Virus record (IMG/VR): IMGVR_UViG_3300030376_006080
Span: 1-61,723 of that record
Direction: 5' to 3' (one strand)
Source of the DNA: a virus
Taxonomy: Duplodnaviria > Caudoviricetes
DNA length: 61,723 nucleotides
The position numbers were made by a program, and so were the translations under genes. Numbering within the stretch: position 1 is the first letter of the stretch; every line of letters begins with the position of its first letter. The notes beneath the pieces were generated by a model. That model ran no database searches. It was not told the origin of the DNA and worked only from the letters and a program-made list of their open reading frames with translations. Of the stretch, positions 9,653-18,746 are shown piece after piece.

Positions 9653-9802
9653 CTATGTCCATGCTTTTTTTAGAAGAGTCAAAAATATCTCTAAGTCCAT
9701 TTCAAACTCTATATCTCCATTTTCATCTATACTGACATCTACTTCGTCTGGCGAATCTGCCGCCATCTTTTGTAGTTCATATGTTAAATCGAAGTCATCC
9801 AT
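9653..9802 (-). CDS. small acidic protein (49 aa)
   Basis: Manual translation MDDFDLTYELQKMAADSPDEVDVSIDENGDIEFEMDLEIF... Confidence 0.5.
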   Translation of the reverse strand: MDDFDLTYELQKMAADSPDEVDVSIDENGDIEFEMDLEIFLTLLKKAWT

Positions 9803-10115
9803 TGTAAGGCCATATTTCTGCTAGGGCTGAATTAACAACAGGTATATCTATTATCCATCTGCCATACTTGCCTGTCTTATGGGTGGTGAAATATAAATAC
9901 CCTTCGTCGTCCAAATTTTCCTGCATAAGGTTAGCAAACGCCCATGTAGCTTTTTGGAAATCTTTCTCACCTCTCTCTGGAGTATTTACTCCATCTAGTC
10001 TACATCTGACCTTAGCGTGCATATAAAAACCTAGATCAATATCTAAGTCTACAGTATCGCCATCTACTACCCTAACAATTTTGCCCCTATAGCCATTGTG
10101 TACAAAGTCGCCCAT
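9795..10115 (-). CDS. Thermonuclease (SNase-like) family protein
   Basis: VRVVDGDTVDLDIDLGF, RLDGVNTPE, GKYGR. Confidence 0.85.
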   Translation of the reverse strand: MGDFVHNGYRGKIVRVVDGDTVDLDIDLGFYMHAKVRCRLDGVNTPERGEKDFQKATWAFANLMQENLDDEGYLYFTTHKTGKYGRWIIDIPVVNSALAEIWPYNG

Positions 10116-10588
10116 ATTACCTTCTCCTTATCTGCTCATTATTAATATCGAACAACCAATAATACACACTAAGACAAAGTAAATGCAAATCTCGGAGATT
10201 AACTTATCTCTCTTGAATCTGTCCTGCTTCTTTTGCGTAGAGTAGTTTCTGTAATGTCTCATATTAATTATCTCTAAAATATAGATTAAAGGATTTTTTT
10301 ATATTTTTTATATGGGCTTTTAGAGAAAAACAAAGAAAAGTAGTTAAGAGGTAAAAGCCTTACATATATTATAGCCTACATAACGGCCTAATGCAAAGCT
10401 AATTACACATCCTATAAATATAGGGGTAAAGTCAGTAATCATATCATATACCATAGTAATAATACTCCTAAAGAATACAGGGTTTGGATATTGTCGAATG
10501 TAAAATTAACCTACTTCGGGCGCAACAAGTATATATACTGGGTTTTTTACCCAAAAGTTGGTTATATTTGGTTCAGAAATGGGGATAT

Positions 10589-10972
10589 TTACCCTTTTGT
10601 TGGAAAGTCGATTGTTATATCTGGTGTCTTTCCTGAGTTATTTGGTAGGTGAATTCCTATTTCTCTTATGCCTACTCTAAGAAAGTAGCTAGTAATGGTC
10701 ACAACTTTGGTCTGATTCCTCTTACAGAAGCGTTTATGATAGAAACAGACTCTACCATACTGATAATCTCCCTTTATCCATCCTTTGTACAGACTAAATC
10801 TATATTTACCATCATAGTCTTGTGGCTTCCCGCACTTAGTTAATATATTAGCAATGACATATTGTTCTAGGCTAGGCGTTTGGTTTATTAACTCAACAAT
10901 GGGGCTAGTATTATTTTTAGACTTCGCCCTTGTTCTCTTTTTGGGAATTGGTTGGTGCATAGCAGTCTCCAT
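10589..10972 (-). CDS. hypothetical basic protein
   Basis: ORF with AAGGAG SD, own promoter at 11009-11036. Confidence 0.6.
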   Translation of the reverse strand: METAMHQPIPKKRTRAKSKNNTSPIVELINQTPSLEQYVIANILTKCGKPQDYDGKYRFSLYKGWIKGDYQYGRVCFYHKRFCKRNQTKVVTITSYFLRVGIREIGIHLPNNSGKTPDITIDFPTKG

Positions 10973-11322
10973 AATGTCTCCTTTGAAATAGTGTTGAGGT
11001 TTTCCTCTAGTATAGTATACACATCGGGATTTGCAAATGGAATCTTTAGAAAAAAACAGAAATCATGTTGGCTCTTTTGGTACTTGAGTATGATAATAAG
11101 GCATATTAACATCCAACGAAAGAATGAATAACACTAAGAGCTTGTATCGTATATCTAAAGGAGTTTACACTCTTAACTTAATCGTTCATATTAGCAAGAA
11201 AGACTAAGTATAATATATTGACCTATCTCTTAATATTATTGGTAAGTTTATGTATGACCCCCACTTATTAATTATTCTTACTTTTATCTGCTAATACTAA
11301 TCACTTTATAGGTGGAGGAATT

Positions 11323-11490
11323 ATGTCCAAAAATAATCCATACCGCCCACCAGAAAATGATAGCCGCCCTCGTCTCCCAAAATACAGAGAGCCTCTAGTA
11401 GACTGGCCATCTTTGATTATAATATTAGGCACTCTATTTGCAATATTAACATTTGCACTTCTTGCTATTTCAGCATCGACAAAACTCTAG
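11323..11490 (+). CDS. small membrane protein (55 aa) with N-terminal NPYxPP motif
   Basis: GGAGGA SD; MSKNNPYRPP...WPSLIIILGTLFAILTFALLAI; only clear plus-strand gene in the left arm. Confidence 0.6.
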   Translation: MSKNNPYRPPENDSRPRLPKYREPLVDWPSLIIILGTLFAILTFALLAISASTKL

Positions 11491-11496
11491 AGCTGC

Positions 11497-11647
11497 CAGA
11501 GCCCAAGCTCCAGCCAGTTGTCGGGCAAGTTTAGAAAATACACAGAGCCTCACCCAGCAGAGCTGTACTCCCCAGCAGTTGTCGGGATAGAATAGCAGAG
11601 ACAAAATACCGAGATTACAGGGCCCAAGCCATATGCCAGTCGTCAGA
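11497..11647. repeat. degenerate tandem repeat, 3 units with 61-bp period
   Basis: CAGTTGTCGGG at 11515 and 11576 and CAGTCGTCAGA at 11637, each preceded by CAG(A/G)GC. Confidence 0.55.
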
Positions 11648-11666
11648 CATGATAAGGTAGGACATA

Positions 11667-11682
11667 CCCCTCCCTAGAGGGG
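11667..11682. repeat. half copy (single 16-bp arm) of the 55-bp dyad element
   Basis: CCCCTC-CCTA-GAGGGG, abutting the stop codon at 11684. Confidence 0.7.
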
Positions 11683-11683
11683 G

Positions 11684-11932
11684 TTAAACGTGCGGACAAC
11701 CAACATCGCTCAGGCGATCCATAAACTTCCACATCTCAATAAATTCACATGTACCATTCAGAACTTCCCAGTCAGGGTACTCTTCATCAGCCCAGTGATA
11801 TATATAGCTAGAATTGCCAGTCTCAGCAATTGCATCACATACATCAGGCGGTACAGGTACAGACATAGAGGAGCCTACATTACCCCTAGACAGAGTAATC
11901 AAAACTACACCTTCAATATCATCATCATTCAT
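11684..11932 (-). CDS. acidic hypothetical protein, single-gene unit
   Basis: Own promoter 11960-11987, AAAGGA SD, flanked by repeat elements. Confidence 0.65.
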   Translation of the reverse strand: MNDDDIEGVVLITLSRGNVGSSMSVPVPPDVCDAIAETGNSSYIYHWADEEYPDWEVLNGTCEFIEMWKFMDRLSDVGCPHV

Positions 11933-12029
11933 ATAATTTTCCTTTCGTGTTACAATACTAGTATACTATAACATCGACCATTTTCAACAAATACTTTACT
12001 AGAATCCCCAGAAAATGTTGACTATTTTT

Positions 12030-12084
12030 CCCCACCTTTAGGGGGTTCGATGTGTGCCGGCACAGCCTCCCCCCATCAGGGGGG
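12030..12084. repeat. 55-bp tripartite dyad element, copy 1
   Basis: CCCCAC-CTTT-AGGGGG ... TGTGCCGGCACA ... CCCCCC-ATCA-GGGGGG. Confidence 0.9.
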
Positions 12085-12085
12085 T

Positions 12086-12123
12086 AAAATTACCGCCGGC
12101 AGAACTTGCCCACCGGCGGCAAT
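12086..12123 (-). terminator. intrinsic terminator-like hairpin after the DUF932 gene
   Basis: AUUGCCGCCGGU/GCCGGCGGUAAU stem followed by a short U-run. Confidence 0.6.
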
Positions 12124-12221
12124 GCGCTAGCGTTTATTAACGCAATCGAGACATCCTCGAATGAGCCCCGCAATAAACGCCAGCACCACCACTACAAATA
12201 GCGTTAGGCTAGGCTTCTCAT

Positions 12222-13445
12222 TCAAGCCGACGCCATATAAATCTTCTCGAAGTCCTTATCGGTAAGAGTATTGGCACGGGCAACCATGCTCTCCCATCGA
12301 GACCCAGAGACATCCAGCAGGCTACCGCCGATTTCGTCGAACCGAACCCAACCTTTATTATCCAGCACTTGACCAGCGCGAGTAACCGCATTGACCACAC
12401 CAAACAGATTTTTGTCGGCTCGCTCGTAAGTAGCCCATTGGCTAAACACTTCGGACGCCTCAGCCTTAGATAGCTTATATTCACTAGCTACCACACCGAA
12501 CACGTTTTTCATGCGAACGTCAACAACTTCCATCTCTTGAAGTTCCAACAACTTGCGAACACCCATAGGTAGAAGGGGTAATTGCTCGTTAATGTTTTCA
12601 GAGATAAGACCACCAAGTTCAACCAAGTCAATCGTCCCAATGTGACGCTTCTTGATTTGCTTGCCAGATACCTGTCCCCAGATACAACCATTCAAACAGA
12701 TAGAACGGAATAGGCTAGGCGTTTGGGAAATACGGCGTTTACCGATTTCACAATTACCAATAGACATCATACCGCCATAGTCGGAATCGTCAGATTGACC
12801 GTAATCAATAATCGTATCAGGCAAAAGAATATTACCGTAGATAGTATCCTCGTCACCGCGCCAGTGAGACAATCGACCTTCCGGCAGATTCTCTTTTAGC
12901 TGCTCCAAGTACCAACGGTTATCAATCGGTGCGTATCGGTCAGTAACGAACGCTCGACAAGTACCATCGGTATAGGTGCGTAGTCGATACTTCTTTTCAG
13001 GGTCAAGACGACGTAAAGCATTATTAGCAAGCATTGCCATAACTTCGGCATCTTGGGTATCATAATCAGATTGCTCACGCAGTTTTGAAATAACTGTCGA
13101 ACTCGGCACAGATGCACGAATAGAGAATTGTTGCAACGCCCAGTCAGTCGGCTCGAATTCACGGTCATCGACATTGAAAACAAAGTTACCATCGTCGTTG
13201 ACAGTAGCCTCAATAGACTTAACGGGCATCATTAGGTCTTCACGATCCTCAGCGGAACGTTGCAGGTTTTCCATTGCATCATCATAAGAAACAGTAGTTG
13301 CCCACCAATCCTTATGCACATGCGTACCCTTATGGAAACCTGTTCCAGTTTGACCTTGCAGCTCACGAACGAAGGAACCTTCGTTTTTATCTGCGGTCAT
13401 CTGTAATTTAGTGTAGTGGTTCATATCAGAACTCCCATAAAACAA
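12222..13445 (-). CDS. DUF932-family protein
   Basis: LRT...RAFVTDRYAPIDN, G.SIGNCEIG...SLFRSICLNG, KKRHIG, LFGVVNAVTRA. Confidence 0.75.
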   Translation of the reverse strand: MFYGSSDMNHYTKLQMTADKNEGSFVRELQGQTGTGFHKGTHVHKDWWATTVSYDDAMENLQRSAEDREDLMMPVKSIEATVNDDGNFVFNVDDREFEPTDWALQQFSIRASVPSSTVISKLREQSDYDTQDAEVMAMLANNALRRLDPEKKYRLRTYTDGTCRAFVTDRYAPIDNRWYLEQLKENLPEGRLSHWRGDEDTIYGNILLPDTIIDYGQSDDSDYGGMMSIGNCEIGKRRISQTPSLFRSICLNGCIWGQVSGKQIKKRHIGTIDLVELGGLISENINEQLPLLPMGVRKLLELQEMEVVDVRMKNVFGVVASEYKLSKAEASEVFSQWATYERADKNLFGVVNAVTRAGQVLDNKGWVRFDEIGGSLLDVSGSRWESMVARANTLTDKDFEKIYMASA

Positions 13446-13484
13446 GAAACTTAATACTTTAGTATAACATATATATCGGCATTT

Positions 13485-13889
13485 TCAAGCCGGAACTTGA
13501 AGTAAATCGCTATTAAAATACTCACGCGTGAATATTGCTTCGACGTACTTCCAACCCTCACCGCATGACAGGTGTGCATACTCTGACCACTCTTGTGGCT
13601 CATGGTCATCAGCAGAAACAAATGTTGCGTGCTTGTATGGATTATATGTTACATCGAAACTAATTAGCGGAACTGGTACACGGTCAACCATATACCCAGT
13701 CAGAAATGCGTGGACGTTTTTACGTCTCTCTTTAAGTACCTTTGCACGTCCTGCCGGTTGGACTAGGTAACGCACATCTTTTAGACACACTTCGGTGTGA
13801 TGCTCAACGGGCGATCCAGATTGACGGACGCTCCAAATTTTCTTGTGTAGGTTGAAGTAAACAGACACGCGGCGGTTTTTGTCGATCAT
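13485..13889 (-). CDS. conserved phage protein (VYFNLHK...KNVHAF...YNPY type)
   Basis: Motifs VYFNLHKKIWSVR, V.PAGR.KVL.ERRKNVHAF, VTYNPYK recalled from many phages. Confidence 0.7.
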   Translation of the reverse strand: MIDKNRRVSVYFNLHKKIWSVRQSGSPVEHHTEVCLKDVRYLVQPAGRAKVLKERRKNVHAFLTGYMVDRVPVPLISFDVTYNPYKHATFVSADDHEPQEWSEYAHLSCGEGWKYVEAIFTREYFNSDLLQVPA

Positions 13890-13973
13890 AAAAATCTCCT
13901 TGTAGTGGTTGATACCTATTAAGTATACTATACTTATCGACCATTTGCAAGGGAAAACTTTAATCTTTTTTTA

Positions 13974-14028
13974 CCCCACCATCGGGGGGTAGGCCGTGTG
14001 CCGGCACACGCACCCCCCACCAGAGGGG
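13974..14028. repeat. 55-bp tripartite dyad element, copy 2
   Basis: CCCCAC-CATC-GGGGGG ... CGTGTGCCGGCACACG ... CCCCCC-ACCA-GAGGGG. Confidence 0.9.
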
Positions 14029-14041
14029 GTTCTTAGTCTAT

Positions 14042-14077
14042 AAAAAAAGGCCGCCTACCACAAAGGATAGACGACCT
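14042..14077 (-). terminator. intrinsic terminator
   Basis: GGUCGUCUAUC/GGUAGGCGGCC stem plus U7. Confidence 0.75.
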
Positions 14078-14095
14078 CCACAACAACAAGGAAAA

Positions 14096-14392
14096 CTACT
14101 TGATAGCTTGCATGGCGTTAACCATACGCCCATTGTAAAACGCTTTGGCTTCGCCGTCAGTCGTTTCAATGGTCACTAACTTGTTAGACCGTTCACCCTT
14201 GATTTTGCCATAACGCAGAGTTGCGTCAGACACAGGGCTTTTTTCGATGTCTCGAACATCGACGATCTTGCCGGAATAATTCTCGGCTCGTGCTGAGTAA
14301 TCCTTCGTCAGGACACCCTTAGCATTTATGGCACTTTCAGCGCCTTTCAAGTAAGTGAAACTAATTTCTTTTCCAATTTCAAAAGCAGTCAT
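14096..14392 (-). CDS. hypothetical protein, possible WYL/SH3-like fold
   Basis: I.FTY...KAFYNGRM resembles the WYL-like pattern; GGAGG SD. Confidence 0.5.
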   Translation of the reverse strand: MTAFEIGKEISFTYLKGAESAINAKGVLTKDYSARAENYSGKIVDVRDIEKSPVSDATLRYGKIKGERSNKLVTIETTDGEAKAFYNGRMVNAMQAIK

Positions 14393-14472
14393 AATCAGAC
14401 CTCCAAACATAAAACAAAATCCTAGTTACTGTTAACACTTCTATTATACAATATATATCGGCATTGTCAAGC

Positions 14473-15249
14473 CTAAACCTTTAATTTCTTTCTAGAATAA
14501 CTACCTTTCCCCTTTAATTTTTTGAGTGCTGTTGATGCCTCTGATCCTGCCGGTTGAGTACCGTGAATCAATAAGGCGAAACTATTGTCTCGTAGTGACG
14601 GCTTTGCCGCGTGTGAATCGTCGTGGTCGATTGCCAAACCTAATTCTTCCGCTTCCGCTTCGCTGAATACAACCTTAGTTGAACGTAGGTTAAACTCGTC
14701 AATCATATGGTCATCACGTCCACCATAGGAAGCAGTCAAAACAAAGTTGTGAAGTATAGGCAATTCGTTAATGCCACCTACCCAAAATTTAAGGGACTTA
14801 GTATAAGCATAGAATAGCACATTAGGGTTTAGTGCTGCGACCATATACCATGCGTGCATATAGGGAAGACTGAAAAAATCACCTGCTACATGGATGCGAA
14901 CAATACCGGCGTTTTCAGGTAGTGAACTATTGATTAGATTTACCATTTCTTCGTGATTTTGTTTACGCAACAAATCAAAATTGTGCTTGCGTGAATTGTA
15001 TACGTTGGTATACTGTACTTCTTGCGATGCTGAGAAGCAACGGAATTGAGTATGCCTACCATCTTTAATTTTACGTTTGCCATTGTCCTGCACTACTGCC
15101 TTAGATAGACAATCTTTTGCATGAGGACACGACCAACCCGATAACAGGTCAAGCGAGTATATTTTGCGATTGCCTTGTAGGTACTCGGCTAGTTCTGCAT
15201 CGTTGGCGAGTGCTTGCGTTTTGGCGTTGGCTTTGCTGAATTTTAGCAT
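14473..15249 (-). CDS. GP88-like protein
   Basis: N.K...SLDLLSGWSCPHAKDC...CFSA, VRIHVAGDFFS, FYAYTKS. Confidence 0.75.
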   Translation of the reverse strand: MLKFSKANAKTQALANDAELAEYLQGNRKIYSLDLLSGWSCPHAKDCLSKAVVQDNGKRKIKDGRHTQFRCFSASQEVQYTNVYNSRKHNFDLLRKQNHEEMVNLINSSLPENAGIVRIHVAGDFFSLPYMHAWYMVAALNPNVLFYAYTKSLKFWVGGINELPILHNFVLTASYGGRDDHMIDEFNLRSTKVVFSEAEAEELGLAIDHDDSHAAKPSLRDNSFALLIHGTQPAGSEASTALKKLKGKGSYSRKKLKV

Positions 15250-15357
15250 TGTGTTTCTCCGTGTGTTGTGATTGTTATACTACCAGTATACTATATATAT
15301 CGTCATTCACAAGCTATAATCTTTAAGAATTATCGGAAAATGCCAGAAATATTTTTA

Positions 15358-15412
15358 CCCCACTATTGGGGGGTCCGCGTGCCGGCACATCCCTCACCCC
15401 CCACAAGAGGGG
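15358..15412. repeat. 55-bp tripartite dyad element, copy 3
   Basis: CCCCAC-TATT-GGGGGG ... GTGCCGGCAC ... CCCCCC-ACAA-GAGGGG. Confidence 0.9.
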
Positions 15413-15491
15413 AAAAGGAAAGATACCACCCATGCCGCTATTTCAATCGCGATGATTCACCGGACTCACAGGGTGGCACTCCTCCCAACCA

Positions 15492-15677
15492 CTAGAAGTC
15501 TAGTACTGTATTGTACTTCTTCTTAGCAACCCGTTTGATGTAAGACGGATGTCCGGTGTGTAGGACTCGTCCACTACGGGCTTCAGTAATCTGCGCCCAC
15601 TGGTTGCGTTGGCGGTTCTTAGTGTTAAGGTGAGCGTCAATCTCAAGTGCGAATTGTTTAGTAGTTGCTTTTGGCAT
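15492..15677 (-). CDS. small basic hypothetical protein
   Basis: MPKATTK...; GAAGGAG SD. Confidence 0.6.
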   Translation of the reverse strand: MPKATTKQFALEIDAHLNTKNRQRNQWAQITEARSGRVLHTGHPSYIKRVAKKKYNTVLDF

Positions 15678-15802
15678 AATAAAATGCTCCTTCAAAAAGT
15701 GGTTAGTAGATAGTCTACCGTTCGTTTAGCCAGTCGATAAGTCCGAGTATTAGGCCAGTGACGAACGCTAAGACTATAGTAAAAAGTATTGTTAAACTGG
15801 GT

Positions 15803-16066
15803 TTACTCTGCATCGGCTTCTTCAGCTTCACGCTGAGCTTTTGCGATTTGCTCCTTATCATAGTTTTCCAGATCCGTGGTCAATTCCTTAGCCAAAGCAC
15901 GAGCCTTGTCGAGTGGCATCTGAACATTCAGCTTGTACTCTGAGCCGTCTGACTCGTAACCGTTGAACTTAAGTTCCACGTTGCCAGACCAACCTGATAC
16001 ATAAGTGTTTAGGTAAACTTCAGTACCGCATTCTACACTGAGTGCGTTGGTTTTTTGAATCTTCAT
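15803..16066 (-). CDS. hypothetical protein
   Basis: AAGGAG SD, promoter 16107-16134. Confidence 0.65.
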   Translation of the reverse strand: MKIQKTNALSVECGTEVYLNTYVSGWSGNVELKFNGYESDGSEYKLNVQMPLDKARALAKELTTDLENYDKEQIAKAQREAEEADAE

Positions 16067-16164
16067 GCGATTCTCCTTAGTGGTGGTTAGTAAATGTTAC
16101 TCTTTGATTATACTATAGTTATCGTCATTTGCAAGCCGTGACTTTAATTTTTTTCTGACTTTTT

Positions 16165-16324
16165 TGCCAGAGCCGGTTGCCCAAAGTCTTCGGCCCCAGC
16201 TTACCCCCAGTTGTCGGGATGGTAAGGGTAAGACATCAGGATGCTAAGCCGTCACATCATGCCACACGAGACCTATGGTGTGACACCCCTTCATCAAGGA
16301 GGCTTTAATTGGGCTGCGTCTTAC
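16165..16324 (-). ncRNA. putative ~160-nt multibranch ncRNA
   Basis: Own promoter 16331-16358 and no ORF in the track. 5' GUAAGACG pairs with UGUCUUAC. Other helices: AAGCC/GGCUU, CUCCUU/AAGGGG, UGUCACAC/GUGUGGCA, CUUACC/GGUAAG, CUGGGGCCG/CGGCUCUGG. Confidence 0.6.
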
Positions 16325-16396
16325 TCCTCCATTATAATATATATCGGCTTATTCGCAAGGGAAACTTTAGTATAATCTCAGATTATTTTTGAAATA

Positions 16397-16450
16397 CCCC
16401 ACCATCGGGGGGTGCGTGTGCCGGCACATTCCTACCCCCCAAGAGAGGGG
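16397..16450. repeat. tripartite dyad element, copy 4 (54 bp)
   Basis: CCCCAC-CATC-GGGGGG ... TGTGCCGGCACA ... CCCCCC-AAGA-GAGGGG. Confidence 0.9.
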
Positions 16451-16512
16451 GTTCGTTGTAGTCCCTGCCGGCTGTCTTGATGTGAACCGACAGGGACACC
16501 GCACAACGAAAG

Positions 16513-16692
16513 TTACACTTTGAGCGCGCCTGACTTCAGCATACCTTCAGTCGTCTTGAAGTTGTGAATAATATCTTCACCCTTCTCATTCTGAAAAATT
16601 ACTGAGTCGTTTTGAATAGCGACGACACTCGCCTTGATACCCGTTAGGGTGAACTCAACCGGCTTACCGGCTTTCAAAATTGCATCTACCAT
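16513..16692 (-). CDS. small hypothetical protein (59 aa)
   Basis: MVDAILKAG... with GAAGGAG SD. Confidence 0.6.
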   Translation of the reverse strand: MVDAILKAGKPVEFTLTGIKASVVAIQNDSVIFQNEKGEDIIHNFKTTEGMLKSGALKV

Positions 16693-16845
16693 TATTGGTA
16701 CTCCTTCATAGTTGCCCGAGTTTGTGCGGATCGAGTGCGTTGACGTTTCGGGCGATTGTCCCACGCTCCCGTACCAGTGAAGTGCTGGCGGTGACCTATT
16801 GATACTTTAATATCTTCGGCCTTAATAATCATCTTCTTGCTTTTC

Positions 16846-17214
16846 TTACGCATCTAATTCTAGCTCCATTGCTGAGGCGAAAGCCTGCTCGTTTTTGTAT
16901 AGTCTGTCTTCATTGACTTCATATGGAATCTCTTCACCGTTGGCTACTGCGTCACGGTACTTGTTTAGGATTGCCATACGTTCAGGCGTGCCACGCCCTT
17001 CAGGTGTATCGTAAAAGATAACAGGTCTTTCACGGGCTGGAATCTCAGCCTTTGCTTCTTCCACTTGGTCAGCCTGTTTGTTTAGGCGTTTCAAAGTCTT
17101 ACCACCTTCACGGTCGTCGTGGTATGCTTCGGGCAAGTGTTCGTTTGGAATCCATAGACATTCCATAACAGCGGCGTCTAGTTCAGCGAGCATCTTTTTT
17201 GTTGTTTCGTTCAT
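16846..17214 (-). CDS. hypothetical protein
   Basis: MNETTKK... with AAGGA SD and promoter 17249-17277. Confidence 0.6.
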   Translation of the reverse strand: MNETTKKMLAELDAAVMECLWIPNEHLPEAYHDDREGGKTLKRLNKQADQVEEAKAEIPARERPVIFYDTPEGRGTPERMAILNKYRDAVANGEEIPYEVNEDRLYKNEQAFASAMELELDA

Positions 17215-17290
17215 ATCGAAATCCTTTGTTGTTGTTTTGTATACTACGATTTTACCATAGCGGAAGCTGATTTGCAAGCCCAAAAAACTA

Positions 17291-17602
17291 TTATTTTTGG
17301 ATTACTTTTACAGACCAGTTATCGCCAGCGTAGTCCACGTAATTGTCACCGTGACTGTAGACAGTAACGCGACCACCATAACCGTATGATCTAGGCTGAT
17401 CCTGTGCGTCGTCGTCCTGAACAGGATACCAACGATCTCCACAACAATCGCAATCAATCCCATCGGCTACGCCATTGAAATAGATACCATTATCCTGTGC
17501 GATAGCGTTTGCGGCTTTCGCATTATCTGCCTGAATGAATACCAACGGAGTACCGTTGTAATGTCCGAACGAATTGTTCTGTTTGAATTTGAAGTAGCTC
17601 AT
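17291..17602 (-). CDS. conserved phage protein (QNNS...GIYFNG...DCxCCGDRW type)
   Basis: Characteristic Cys cluster; consensus TTGACA-17-TATAAT promoter at 17631-17659. Confidence 0.7.
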   Translation of the reverse strand: MSYFKFKQNNSFGHYNGTPLVFIQADNAKAANAIAQDNGIYFNGVADGIDCDCCGDRWYPVQDDDAQDQPRSYGYGGRVTVYSHGDNYVDYAGDNWSVKVIQK

Positions 17603-17845
17603 CTTATTTCCTTTCGTTTAAGATAACCCTATTATACCATAAAGTATGCCGATTGTCAAGGGCAAAACAGAATTATTTACAAAGTTTATTGTAAAACTTC
17701 CGCCCCTAAAAAACCAACCAAGCAAGCACCAACCAATAATAATAAGAATGTCATATTGTTCTCCTTTCATTCTATACTATTATTATCGGCATGTATAGCC
17801 CTAACCTTTAGATAATTCGGAGAAAAACCTAACTATTTTCAAAAC

Positions 17846-17900
17846 CCCCACTGTCGGGGGGTGCGCGGGGCGGCCCGCTACTCATCCCCCATCAGAGGGG
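17846..17900. repeat. 55-bp tripartite dyad element, copy 5
   Basis: CCCCAC-TGTC-GGGGGG ... GCGGG-GCGG-CCCGC ... TCCCCC-ATCA-GAGGGG; abuts the stop at 17901. Confidence 0.9.
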
Positions 17901-18149
17901 TTATGCCCACTCCCATTCTTCAGGTGGTGCCAAGTCATACAGGTCGTCACCCTCTGCCGTCATTGTTACATATGGCGCGACTTCTTCAAGGTTGAAGCTG
18001 CCCATTTCTTGATGTAGTCCCATCACAACACCGAAGGCGTTACCTTCAATCGGCGGATCTAAAATATAATATTCCCAACCGTGTTTTGTGATCAGCCATT
18101 TATGAACTGTGAACTCGTTCCCGCTTGGGCTTTTTACTTTTCTGCTCAT
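17901..18149 (-). CDS. DUF2958-like protein
   Basis: WEYYI...AFGVVMG..QEMGSFNLEEV pattern. Confidence 0.55.
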   Translation of the reverse strand: MSRKVKSPSGNEFTVHKWLITKHGWEYYILDPPIEGNAFGVVMGLHQEMGSFNLEEVAPYVTMTAEGDDLYDLAPPEEWEWA

Positions 18150-18151
18150 CT

Positions 18152-18319
18152 TCAATTTCCTTTCAGTGACTCGCACCACTTGCTAAATACTTCACGGGCA
18201 TCGGCTTTGTTTAGTCCGAACTCATGCTCTAATTCTCTCGGCGCTCCCATCATATTCATAGAACCGCCATCTCGTAGATCACTTAGGAACTCAAAATATT
18301 CTTGCATGTACTCGTTCAT
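18152..18319 (-). CDS. small conserved phage protein
   Basis: FLSDLRDGGSMNMMGA...L..EF...A..VF..W. Confidence 0.6.
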   Translation of the reverse strand: MNEYMQEYFEFLSDLRDGGSMNMMGAPRELEHEFGLNKADAREVFSKWCESLKGN

Positions 18320-18485
18320 CTTTATACTCCTGTTACCTGATACTTGTGTCCGTTTTCTAGCGTGATTGTTCCACCGAAGAACTCCCACATAATTTTTGAC
18401 TTCATCGCTTCACGATTTAATCTTTCCAGCTCCGGCAAATCTTTTTGCACTTGTTCCGGTGTGCAATCTGTTTGTAAAATTCTCA

Positions 18486-18746
18486 TTAGAACTCCTCCGT
18501 TATTTCAACTAAAAAATCATCATTGTGAACTGTACCGCATACGCCAGTTTCAGACCACGACAAACTGAAAACAGTATTCCCGTCTGCGTCTTTAACTTCA
18601 AGACCACGAACAGAATTCCATAGCGCGCCATCTTCATCGGCACACATTTTCAGCGTATCGTTTTTCATTTCAAACGCCTGCGCTCCGTCTAGGTTAAAAA
18701 CCTCTAGGCTTTTATTGGCTCTCTCATTTGCAACTATCATAATCAC
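18486..18746 (-). CDS. hypothetical protein
   Basis: ORF coupled to the upstream gene. Confidence 0.55.
   Translation of the reverse strand: MIMIVANERANKSLEVFNLDGAQAFEMKNDTLKMCADEDGALWNSVRGLEVKDADGNTVFSLSWSETGVCGTVHNDDFLVEITEEF

Noticed and set aside
10262-10588. Replication origin in an AT-rich intergenic stretch
   Set aside because: It is AT-rich but has no clear iterons or DnaA boxes; insufficient evidence.
11497-11647. CRISPR array (61-bp period)
   Set aside because: Only three units sharing about 11-17 bp, and no cas genes; kept only as an unexplained repeat.
15417-16324. Hammerhead ribozyme (CUGUGAG...GAAA near 15.45 kb; CUGAUG near 16.24 kb)
   Set aside because: Neither has the full CUGANGA plus GAAA core with the required three stems.
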